Source: the human T2T-CHM13v2.0 reference genome, Homo sapiens | Strand: one strand, 5' to 3' | Length of the DNA stretch: 64,000 nucleotides | NCBI RefSeq assembly: GCF_009914755.1 | Contig: NC_060927.1 | Shown: piece by piece, positions 13,658 through 24,712 of the stretch | Position numbering within the stretch: the stretch's first letter is position 1 | How the letters are laid out: each line of letters begins with the position of its first letter | Notes under the pieces: generated by a model | Told to the model about the DNA's origin: nothing | What the model saw: only the letters and a program-made list of their open reading frames with translations | The model's database searches: none | Translations under genes and position numbers: made by a program

Positions 13658-14561
13658 TGATATTTGAAATAATGCCCAAACTTAATTTTCTCCTGAGGAA
13701 AACTATTCTACATTACTTAAGTAAGGCATTATGAAAAGTTTCTTTTTAGGTATAGTTTTTCCTAATTGGGTTTGACATTGCTTCATAGTGCCTCTGTTTT
13801 TGTCCATAATCGAAAGTAAAGATAGCTGTGAGAAAACTATTACCTAAATTTGGTATGTTGTTTTGAGAAATGTCCTTATAGGGAGCTCACCTGGTGGTTT
13901 TTAAATTATTGTTGCTACTATAATTGAGCTAATTATAAAAACCTTTTTGAGACATATTTTAAATTGTCTTTTCCTGTAATACTGATGATGATGTTTTCTC
14001 ATGCATTTTCTTCTGAATTGGACCATTGCTGCTGTGTCTGTGACATCTGGTGCTGCTCATCCCCATCCACAAACTGGAAAATGATTTCCTATGTAATCAT
14101 GCATCCAACTGGGCTGTGCTATTTTTTTAAATGGTTTGTATTTGAACATGGTGATTCCTCCTTCACTTCACCTTAACGGAATGTCTTTATTTGAATTTTA
14201 TTTGTAAAATGTGTCCTGTTTAAATTTTTCAATCTTTAAAAATAATTTTTATGTACTTTTTTTTTTTTTTAACCTTTCTTGCACTCTGGGTCATGGGTAC
14301 CACTGCAATGGCTTCCCCTTTTTTTATGGGATACCAACTGCAATATGGTCCTCAATGCTGTTCTGGCCATTTCAATGACTAATGCCAAACATCTGTATGA
14401 CTAATTTTTTTATGTTAAAAAAATACTGTTTAATGCTGGCTCTATGGTGATTTGGTTTTACTAAATTGGGTTTCTCGTTGGGGGTGGTCTTTTGAATACT
14501 GGGTTTTATATATTCTGCTATTTTTAACGTGTGGTTTTTTTCGATATCTGGGTTCTAAAAG

Positions 14562-14671
14562 AAATCTTTGGAATTAAGAGAAAAACAAGCTGAAAAGGAA
14601 GAAAAGCAGAAAACAAAGAAAATAGAAACAAGTGCAGAAAAGTTGCGTAAGCTCTTAAAAGAAGAGAAGAG
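14562..14671 (+). CDS. TTC14: TTC14 exon 11 ([20 protein letters not shown]...KEEKR)
   Basis: Weak acceptor ggttctaaaag|, donor GAG|gtaaac, 110 nt; phase joins exons 10 and 12. Confidence 0.9.
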
Positions 14672-14950
14672 GTAAACTATAATATTCAGTATTTTTAAAC
14701 TTAAGGCAACTACTGAATTGAACCCAAAGTGCCATACTGGAGGTAAAGTAAATAAAAATATGAAAGTATTTCAAGTGCCAATCAGTGACTGTTAAGAATC
14801 TTTAGCAAATATGTGTTCCATGTATTTTCTTATTAAAGAGATGAAGTGGAATTTAAGGCTAGAATTCTACAAAAAAAGAGTATCTTAGAATTAAAATATA
14901 GAATAAGTTACTTTAATTATGTTTTAGGAAGAAATATTTTAGAACTAGAG

Positions 14951-15175
14951 CAGTGGTTCTCAACTAGGGGTGGATTTATTCACCCGGGGACATTTGACAA
15001 GATGTGGAGACATTTTTGATTGCCATAACTGATAGGGTGCTACTGCATCTAGTGTATAATGGTCAGGGATGCTCTTAAACATTCTGTAATGCACAGGTCA
15101 GCTCCCACCCGCACCCCCACCCCCTACCAAGAATTATTTGGCTGAAAATACCAATAATCAGGTGAAGAAACCATG
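14951..15175. mobile_element. MER20 (hAT-Charlie) with 8-bp TSD
   Basis: cagtggttctcaac...ggagacatttttgattg; aactagag at 14943-14950 and 15176-15183. Confidence 0.85.
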
Positions 15176-15490
15176 AACTAGAGGTAGCCAAATAAAAAAG
15201 TTGAGTTCTCCTTTATGTGTTCAGTAGTCTTAAGTTTTTAAGGTAGTGTTGAAAAAAGTCTGTCTTTCAGAGATGATGGATTTGCTTACAATGATACCTG
15301 TCTGCAAGCATTTTTTCCCCCAAAAGTGCTTAATAGTAAAATTAGATCTTGTAGTAGCCGAGATTATTGTATCATTTATCTGAACCACAGCTTTTATAAA
15401 ATCTTTAAAGGAAACAAATAGGGCCCACATCTTTATGAATAATTTAGAAACATTTTTGTATATATATGACAAATGAACTGTTTTTTTTAG

Positions 15491-16403
15491 GCTAAAGAAG
15501 AAAAGAAGAAAATCAACTTCTTCTTCAAGTGTTTCTTCTGCTGATGAATCAGTGTCTTCATCATCATCCTCTTCCTCTTCTGGTCACAAAAGGCATAAGA
15601 AACATAAGAGGAACCGTTCAGAGTCTTCTCGCAGTTCCAGAAGGCATTCATCTAGGGCATCCTCAAATCAGATAGATCAGAATAGGAAAGATGAGTGCTA
15701 CCCAGTTCCAGCTAATACTTCAGCATCTTTTCTTAACCATAAACAAGAAGTGGAGAAACTACTGGGGAAGCAGGATAGGTTACAGTATGAAAAGACACAG
15801 ATAAAAGAGAAAGATAGATGCCCTCTCTCTTCATCTTCACTTGAAATACCGGATGATTTTGGAGGTAGGTCTGAAGATCCAAGAGATTTTTATAACAGCT
15901 ATAAAACCCAAGCAGGTAGTAGCAAAACAGAAAAGCCATATAAATCAGAAAGACATTTTTCCAGTAGAAGAAATTCCTCAGATTCCTTCTGTAGGAATTC
16001 AGAGGACAAGATTTATGGTTATAGGAGATTTGAAAAGGATATAGAGGGAAGAAAAGAGCACTATAGAAGGTGGGAACCAGGTTCTGTGAGGCATTCTACC
16101 TCACCAGCAAGCTCAGAATACTCTTGGAAGTCAGTTGAGAAATACAAAAAATACGCTCACTCTGGATCACGTGATTTCAGTAGACATGAGCAAAGATACC
16201 GTTTAAATACAAATCAAGGAGAATATGAAAGAGAGGACAATTATGGGGAGGATATCAAAACAGAGGTTCCAGAAGAAGATGCACTAAGTAGCAAAGAACA
16301 CTCAGAAAGCAGTGTTAAGAAAAATTTACCTCAGAATTTACTGAATATATTTAATCAGATAGCTGAATTTGAAAAAGAAAAAGGAAATAAGTCAAAAAAT
16401 TAA
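15491..16403 (+). CDS. TTC14: TTC14 exon 12 (Ser/Arg/Lys-rich tail, stop TAA)
   Basis: ttttttag| acceptor; 913 nt to stop; total CDS 2313 nt = 770 aa. Confidence 0.96.
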
Positions 16404-17000
16404 TACACCAAGGATATCGGCACCATTACACAAAATGCCATTAAGTGAAGTTTTTGGTTGTATTAGTCATAACAGTTGAGTGCAGAAATCTCTGCTTCTA
16501 AAATTATTTGTAGAGATTACAGGAAACAAATGCTTTTAAGTAAGTTTTTCTCAAATTTTGTTTCAGTTCTAGGTCCCTTGTCACAGCTTGGTTTTTAGAC
16601 TTTTTATGTATATGTTTATGTACAGTATATTACTCTTGACAGTTTGAATTTCTTCACCTAAAGATAATTCTCTGAAAGTACTGTTTCTTCATTCTATTGC
16701 GGTATATGAGAATTCCTGGGTGCATCTTATTCTGCTGTTTGAGAGAAAAATTTGTGCATTGAACACTTGGATCATTTTTATAAAAATTAATTTCATTTTC
16801 TTTTCTGTTAAATTAAAAATCGTCAGCTTTTGAAAGATTATATGTTCGAATGTTTCTTGAACACTTTTATATTTATCAGTTTAAATATTACATTTTTTGC
16901 CCAATTTTTTTTAAAATTTTTAAATGGTAGATTATATGTCTTAATTTTCCTCTAAAGCCCAATTTGATTAAAAGTGGTTTGTGAACAGTCATTGGCTTCC
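16404..17000 (+). other. TTC14: TTC14 3' UTR (end approximate)
   Basis: AT-rich region after the stop; ATTAAA candidates near 16812 and 16967. Confidence 0.55.
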
Positions 17001-18118
17001 ACCCAGCATAAGTGCCTTAGGAATAAGATCATAAAAGTTGAATAGGAGCCCATTTTGCTTATTTCTCCATTATTTTTTACCTCATTGCTAGCATAGCCAT
17101 AAAAAGCTTTTTAACTTTAAATATTTACAAGGCCCTTAGGGCCTGTATTCCACGCAAGGGTAAATCAGAAAAGAAAAAAATCCTTTTAGCAAAAACATAG
17201 CAGTAGCAGAGAAGCACATTGTAAATCTGGCTTTTCTTTAGGGAAAGAAAATTGGGAGACTCTCCTAGTGTAGCAGATGTTCAGTCCAGAAGGCACTAGG
17301 CATGTCGTTAAATCTGACCTGCATTTCTTCTTACCACCTCCTGTGCCTTGATGCTTCTCTGATGACCCCTTTCTCAGAGTCTGAATAAATAACTAGACCA
17401 ACTAGAGCCTGGTTTTACTAAGAATAATAAATTCCAGCAGCTAGAGCTGAAGAACAAAGAGACTTGGATTATAAAGATCCTCCCCAAATTGCTGAAAATA
17501 GTGTGGTATATTCTTTGGGAGACAGATAGAGATAGGAGTCATAGGTACTGGGTTTATGATGTCATTAGAGTTTGCAGTTTAAGATTCTCAAAGCTGTAAA
17601 TTACAATGGACTTTAGATACTGTCACACACAATGACACTAGATAAGTGGGTGGGTAGCTGAGGATCTACAGAGGTCTAAGTGAGGGAGAATAATAGAGGA
17701 AGAAGAGACTTATTCCTTGTTCTGTCTTGCAGTTCTTGCCAACAGTAAAATGTCCAGGCCTTAAGTACTGGGTGTGTATTATCTGTGTCTATCAAACTCC
17801 AGTAATGAGAGCCTAGTGAAAAATCTGAAATTTCTTTTGCAAATGGAACAGTGAAAAGAAACCCTGGTCAAGAGCAATAGATAATGGTGATAGAAATCGG
17901 CTAGTCACTCAAAGCATTAGTCTTTGCACCAAGAAGAAGCTTCTTTAAGAAATTCATCTTAAAAAGAGTCCTTAATAATTCTATGTATTAATAGCTCCAG
18001 TATCATCTTTACAAAGTCGTGTTTATAAAGAAAGAGTGAAAACTACTTCTTGGCATACATAGCCTTTGACCTTTTGGAATCCCTAGTTCAGCTTAAAATT
18101 TTAAACACAACATTTAAA

Positions 18119-18920
18119 AAATTTTTTTTTCCTTAATTAATTCATATAAATTTAAGGGGTACACATGCATTTTTGTTACATGGATCTATCGTGTAGTGGT
18201 GAAGTCTGGGCTTCTAGTGTAACCATCACCCAAATGATGTACATTGTACCCATTTCATAATTTATCATCCCTTACCCCCCTGCCAACCTACCAGCATTGG
18301 CGTAGGCAGAATTCATGATTCAGACCTCAAAAGTGGAAGCAAGAGGGGCTGAGTACAGTCACTCATGCCTGTAATCCCAGCACTTGAGGCTGAGGGAGGA
18401 GGATTGCTTGAGGCTAGAAATTTGAGACTGGCCTGGGCAACGCAGCATGACTCCATCCAAATAAGTTGGGTGTGGTGGTGCATGCCTATAGTCCCAGCTA
18501 TGCGGGAGGATCGCTTGAGCCCAGGAGTTCGAGGCTGCAGTGAGCTCTGATTGTGCCACTGCACTCCAACTTGGGTGACAGCCAGACTGGTGTCTTAAAC
18601 ACAACAAAAACAAAATGGGACTTAAGTAAGCTACGAAGTTCTTGCACAGCAAAAGAAATAACACAGTGAACAGACAACCTGCAGAATGGGACAAAATGTG
18701 CAAACTATGCATCAGGCAGGGGACTCATCCAGAATTTACAAGGAATTCAGCAAACCAAATCACCCTATCCAAAAGTGAGCAGAAAACATGAATAGGTATT
18801 TTTCAAAAGAAGAGATAAAAATGGCCAAGAAGCGTATGAAATAATACTCAACATCACTAATTAGAGAAATGCAAATTAAAACCAAATGAGATATCTCTCA
18901 TCAGTCAGAATGGCTATTAC
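18119..18920. mobile_element. L1 3' fragments in opposite orientations, interrupted by an Alu at ~18347-18615 (+)
   Basis: Antisense L1 3' end with T-tract at 18119-18295; sense L1 ORF2-end sequence at 18616-18920. Confidence 0.7.
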
Positions 18921-20781
18921 ACCCCATTCAATGTAAGAGAATAGTACCTTATCCTGTAGGCTGCCTGAATTTATTAGGTAGGCGCAAAAGTAATTGCAGT
19001 TTATGCCATATTAAGCAGAGTATACAAACCAATTTCTAAGGAAGTTCATCACAGCAAAAATTATTGGGGATTTACATTGTCAAGAATAGCGACATCTTCA
19101 GTAATTTTTCTCAAGATCATATATTGCCATATCTTGGTCTCCATAAGCAGATGAAGCATGACTTTTGGATATGAGGATAAGTGTCCAGATTTGGAGATAG
19201 GTTGATCCCCTGTCGCACCATTTGTCATTACTACACTGAAGTTGTTAGAACTGTTATTTAAGGATTAAATGTAGATTCGTATGCTGGCCCAAGAACCAAA
19301 CCATTCCACAAATTCTGTGCTAAGCTCCAGGTGGCAACTCAGTAAGTAGAAGTTATATAGTGCAATTTCTGTGTGTCAAGCCCTGTGCATCTTTTTTATA
19401 TTATCAAATTCGGTAAACTTGTAGGTAACTTTCTGTGTCTATAGTACAAATGAGGAAAACAGGGAAGTAACTATCCAAGGTTACAGAGCTAGTAAGATAC
19501 AACCTCTACCTTCATAGAAGAGTGTTTAATATTACTTCAAGTTTTAAGTAATTCCCAAACTAGCACAGGGCTGAGAATAAGAACTTTGATGAGCAAAGTG
19601 ACTTTAATTAGTTTTTAGGTCTTATAAATCTCATGCATTAGAGCAGTACTTTAGCCAAAAATTTTATTACCTACCTTTTTTTTCGCCCACCTTATTCTTG
19701 ACTTTGCTATGCCTTTTTCCTATTTCTAAAACAAAACAAAAAATAATCAGGAGAACTATTCACTACCACTACTGCTTTTCAGAAAGAAGTACAAACAACA
19801 GTTCTAAAATAATGACAGTTGTAATGAGCATTTTTTCCCAAGGTTTGAAGGAGACACATGTACATTCGTGAATTCTAATACATTTATTTAAAATCCAGTT
19901 TTATAATATTCCACACTCTATTCCAAGAGTACAAAGTGTTGGGCACATGTTATAATGAAGTGTTAACTGGAAAAACTACTACATTTGGCAGTCTACCTCC
20001 AACTGTAAATGAAATTTCTATTGCAAATCAAGTCATACCTAGCTTTCATTAAATCGTTTATTAAATCAAGAAAATTTCAAAATTGTTTATACTTGGTTGG
20101 CTGTATCTGAAAGCAAATCTTTAATGCGTTTATTTCAAGGTCAGAAGTGATTTATTTCAAGGTCAGAAGTGATTTTTCTAAATTTATGCTGCATTTTAAA
20201 ATTGATATACAGTGTTTCTCTTACCGGTTTTTTTTTGGGGGGGTGGGGTGGGTAGGGGTTGATGCTATTTTTTGGTTAAAAATTATAGCAAAAGAAGAAA
20301 CTGCCTTTAACAATTTTTCTCCCCAAAAGTCTGAGAAATAGTTACTTTGAATAAAGAAAACCTAATTTTGGTGTCTTGTAGGGTAAATGAGATTTTCACA
20401 TTGCAATACGCTCATAATAGTACAGTAAATCTTTAGAAATTTCTTCTTGAAAGATTGTTACATTAGAAGTGAGTGTAGTTTCGTGAAATAATGAAGCAAA
20501 CTATTTTCTAACACTACGAACATCAGAATTACAGTGAAATACAGCATTTTTCCTATGCTTGTATAACATGTAGCCTTGTCAAGAATCTGCTATTAATTTC
20601 TTCAGTATGAAGAAAACAGTAGAGAAAATGAGAACGTTCCTTTTTTTTTAAAACTATCAGTTTTTACACTTACCACTAAGTTTTTACACTTTCCACTAGA
20701 TAAAATGTGTTGGGTCGTTTTGTATTTTAAAGTATATTTTTGTTTTTGTGTTTACAACTTTTTCAGAAGAGATTAAAATGT

Positions 20782-20938
20782 TTATTTGCTGCTCTTTTTG
20801 CTCTTAACATTACTAGAGCTACTACTAGCACTAGATGGCCTAGAAGGGCTGCCTACTAGTGAAGAGGAGGCCGGGAATTTAAGCTCCAGTACTTTAATTG
20901 AAGACTGAGAAGTAGATGTACTTGTACTCCTAGATGAC
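20782..20938 (-). CDS. CCDC39: CCDC39 last coding exon (exon 20; ...[13 protein letters not shown])
   Basis: tttttcttctag| acceptor on - strand, 157 nt to TAA. Confidence 0.92.
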
Positions 20939-22141
20939 CTAGAAGAAAAACCAGAATTATAAATTCAATGCAAAGTTTATATTTTAGTATAGACCCTCTC
21001 ATTATTGGCAAAAGGTACCATAATTCCATAAGTAAAGACATCAAAAAAGTACATATTAATAGTGTTAAGTTTTTAAATGACCATCAATAGATATCAAACA
21101 ATTTAAACAGGAAAGGAAAGATGAACATAGATGAGTTTCAAACCAGTAGAAAAGTAGTTTAATAAGTATGTTCCTACATGGTAAAAATGCTTTGAACTAT
21201 AATCAGTTTTTTAGAGTTGGAATCATTAAGCATTGAAAGTTTCCAAAACAGAGGAAATAGGGCCAAGAGGATTTGGTGCTGGCAAAAATAATTAAAATGA
21301 TACCTTTTGTAATTTAAGCTGAAGAGAAGAGAGAAGCATATTGATGGATAAAGTGGTGGGGTCATTTGAAAAACAGCTAGCTATATAATTCTGAAAAAAG
21401 TTTTAAATATATATTTTATGAAAGTACAGGGATGTTCAGTTATATAGAAACAGTTTTTTATACTTAAATGAAACACTTTTTTTAGGGGCCTCTTCATGAA
21501 ATTTTTACCTGGACTAAGGAATAGTAATTTAATAAGTAGCTGCTGAATGCAGGAGATTGTGAATTCTAAAATCAGGATCATTATTAATAAATTTTTGTCA
21601 GCAAAGCACAAGAATGTTTGCTTAAGCATCTGGTGATAGAATTCTGGGTAACAACTGCAGAAGAAAAAAAAAGGGGTTTCCTTTTTAGCAAAATAAAGCT
21701 TCATAAAGTCAAATCCTGATTATGTAAAATACCACAGTGTGGTTTGAATCACAAAAATCATATTCTATATGTCTGTACATCTAAGCTGCCCTTACATGTT
21801 TTTAAAAAAATTCCCCCAACTTGGGGGTTCACCCCCAAATGCTAGATGTAGCCCCCAAATTTATTTCTGTTTTATCCTACTGAAATAGCTCATAGTCACA
21901 GAGCACTTGGGCTATACTGGAAATAGTGACACCAGCAGAAGTCAGAAGGAAATTCTTGTTCTGCTGGCTGTTTCTGCATCTAATCTATATGATGCTGACT
22001 AGTGAGATGTCTGACAGTGAAAAGAACACTGGCAGTGAGTGCATGGGCCTGCCTAACAGCTGCGGTGATGTAGAAGTGGCTGGAATCACTTAGTGTACAG
22101 CTGTGAGAGTTAAGCAGATTTTTTTTTAACCCTCCGCTTAC

Positions 22142-22224
22142 CTTGCTGATAGTGAAGTATGTGAAGGAGATCTAGAGCTCTGACGACTGCCTTTTGTGCT
22201 AGCTGTAGGTAGTTCTAACCCACT
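22142..22224 (-). CDS. CCDC39: CCDC39 exon 19 ([27 protein letters not shown])
   Basis: ctccag| acceptor, AAG|gtaagc donor, 83 nt, phase fits exon 20. Confidence 0.92.
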
Positions 22225-22376
22225 CTGGAGGAATATTCAATAGCAATCATTAGTACTACCTACTGTTTTTTAGAAGATAAATATTTTTAATTAGCTTTCA
22301 CTTCATGATGAATGTCATGAAAGTTTTTATTTTCATGAAGTTTTTAAGAAATATTTAATAGAAGGTGCTGTATTAC

Positions 22377-22556
22377 CTGTTGAAAGTATGTTTGAAGGAT
22401 AATACGGATCTCAGTATTTTCTTCTATGATATCAACTAACATTTCATCAATAACTTTGTGAAACTGTTTCATTTCACGAAGTTTGATGTCTTGTTCTTCC
22501 ATTGTTTCATCTTTTGTGTCTTTCAAAAGACGGATTTCCTTTGTGAGTTTTGCACA
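22377..22556 (-). CDS. CCDC39: CCDC39 exon 18 ([12 protein letters not shown]...TYFQQ)
   Basis: caacag| acceptor, CAG|gtaata donor, 180 nt. Confidence 0.94.
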
Positions 22557-22686
22557 CTGTTGGTAAATAATAGTCAATTATTCTATAAACGTGTTTACCA
22601 GAATTTAATATTTTTAATAGATGAAGGAGGATTTGGGACTTCAAAAATGTAAATATGAAAGGTCAGTTTTTAAAAGATATCGATAC

Positions 22687-22827
22687 CTGTTTGGTCACTC
22701 TTTCTAATTTTGGCTTCTGCTCCTCCGTTTCTTTACTTAGTTGAAATGAATAAGCCTGCTTCTCTGATAACTTTTCTTTAACATTATTTGCCAAATGTTC
22801 TATAACATCTAATGTATTTTCCATGCT
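22687..22827 (-). CDS. CCDC39: CCDC39 exon 17 ([12 protein letters not shown]...RVTKQ)
   Basis: ttctacag| acceptor, CAG|gtatcg donor, 141 nt. Confidence 0.93.
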
Positions 22828-22959
22828 CTGTAGAAAAAATATTAACATGTATTTTTTAGAATCAGAAATTGACTTTTATAACTTGTCATTTATCAAGTAT
22901 TCATTTAATTTTAATTCATTTATTTTTGTACATAATATACATTATTTCTGTTGATGTAC

Positions 22960-24100
22960 CTCTTAATGACATCTCGGTCAATGATGGACTGTATATATGA
23001 TGGTGGTCCCATAGGATTATAATGGAGCTGAAAAATTCCTGTTACCTAGCGACATTGTAATGTGGCACAATACATTAGTCATGAGTTTGTGGTGATGGCT
23101 GGTGTAAACAAACCTGCATTGCCAGTCATATAAAAGTCTAGCACATACAATTATGTACAGTGCATAATACTTGATAGTGATAATAAAAGATATTACTGAT
23201 TTATGTATTTACTATACAATATACTTTTATTATTTTACAGTGTACTCCTATTTATTTAAAAAGTTAACTATAAAACAGCCTCAGGCAGGTCCTTCAGGAG
23301 ATATTCCAGAAGAGGGCATTGTTATCATAGATGACAGCTCCATTCATGTTACTGACCCTGAAGACCTTCAAGTGGGACAAGATATGGAGGTGGAAGACAG
23401 TGGTATTGATGATCCTGACCACGGGTAGGCTTAGGTTTATGTGTGTGTATGTGTCTTAGTTTTTAACAAAAAAATTAAAAAGTAAAAAAACTAAAAATAG
23501 AAAAATGCTTAGAGAATAAGGATATAAAGAATATTTTTGTGCAGTTGAACAATGAGTGCTTAAGCTAAATGTCATCACAAAAGAGTAAAAAAATTTTACA
23601 AAATTAAAAATGTTTAAAGTTAAAAAGCTCTAGGAAGCTAAGGTCAATTTATTATTGGAGAAATAAAATTATTTTTATGAATTTACTGTAGCCTAGGTGT
23701 ACATTATTTATCATGTCTACAGTAGTGTTCAGCAATTAGGCCTTCACATTCTCTCACCACTCACTCACTCAGTCACTCACCCAGAGCAGCTTCCAGTCCC
23801 GCAAGCTCCATTTATGGTAAGTGCCCTGTACAGGTGTACCATTTTTTTAATCCATTATACCATATTTTTATTGTACCTTTTCTATGTTTAGATTTGTTTA
23901 GATACACAAGTACCACTGTGTTACAGTTGCCTATAGTACTCAGTACAGTAACACACTTTACAAGCTTATAGCCTAGGAACAATAGGCTATACCATCTAGG
24001 TTTGTGTAAGTACACTCTTATGATGTTCACACAGTGACAAAATCGCCCAAGGATGCATTCATCAGAACACATTCCCATTGTTATCCAATGCATGACTGTA
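22960..24100. mobile_element. Tigger3b (Golem)-like TcMar DNA transposon
   Basis: cggtcaatgatggactgtatatatgatggtggtcccata near the start, terminus ...atgcatgactgta; ~1.15 kb. Confidence 0.8.
23241..23428 (+). CDS. TTC14: Alternative terminal TTC14 coding exon derived from Tigger3 (VYSYLFKKLTIKQPQAGPSG...DDPDHG*)
   Basis: tattttacag| acceptor is in frame with the internal exon-12 donor GAG|gtaggt at 15864; 1774+188 nt = 653 aa + stop. Confidence 0.65.
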
Positions 24101-24269
24101 TAATGGTTTTATGGATTAAATTTTTTATGTAATTCAACTGGAAAGTATTTTTATGTTATTTTGGAAAAAATAAAACAATGACAATTGAAATCATGGAATC
24201 TGCAAAGATTCACAGTATCTCTTCTGCTTTATTAGTAAAATCAATGTTTAGCGCCTGCTTACAAGGCAC

Positions 24270-24712
24270 TTTTTTTTTTAATTATACTTTAAGTTTTAGG
24301 GTACATGTGCACAACATGCAGCTTTGTTGCATATGTATACATGTGCCATGTTGGTGTGCTGCACCCATTAACTTGTCATTTAACATTAGGTATATCTCCT
24401 AATGCTATCCCTTCCCCCTCTCCCCACCCCACAACAGGCCCCAGTGTGTGATGATCCCCTTCCTGGGTCCACGTGTTCTCACTGTTCAATTCCCACCTAC
24501 GAGTGAGAATATGAGGTGTTTGGTTTTTTGTCCTTGCATTAGTTTGCTGAGAATGATGGTTTCCAGCTTCATCCATGTCCCTACAAAGGATATGAACTCA
24601 TCCTTTTTTATGGCTGCATAGTATTCCATGGTGTATATGTGCCACATTTTCTTAATCCAGTCTATCATTGTTGGACATTTGGGTTGGTTCCAAGTCTTTG
24701 CTATTGTGAATA
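24270..24712 (-). mobile_element. 5'-truncated young L1PA 3' end, antisense
   Basis: ttttttaattatactttaagttttagggtacatgtgcacaac...; imperfect TSD acaa(g/t)gcac. Confidence 0.92.

Noticed and set aside
13983-14016. Box C-like ATGATGA and box D CTGA in intron 10 suggesting a snoRNA
   Set aside because: The boxes are only ~25 nt apart, with no terminal stem and no later CTGA at a suitable distance
14171-14177. CCTTAAC as a U12-type branch site
   Set aside because: The intron donor is GTGATT, not RTATCCT, and no acceptor follows at U12 spacing; kept only as a possible U2 branch
22680-22687. CCDC39 donor gtatcg resembling a U12 donor
   Set aside because: Lacks the CCTT at +5 to +8; treated as a U2 donor
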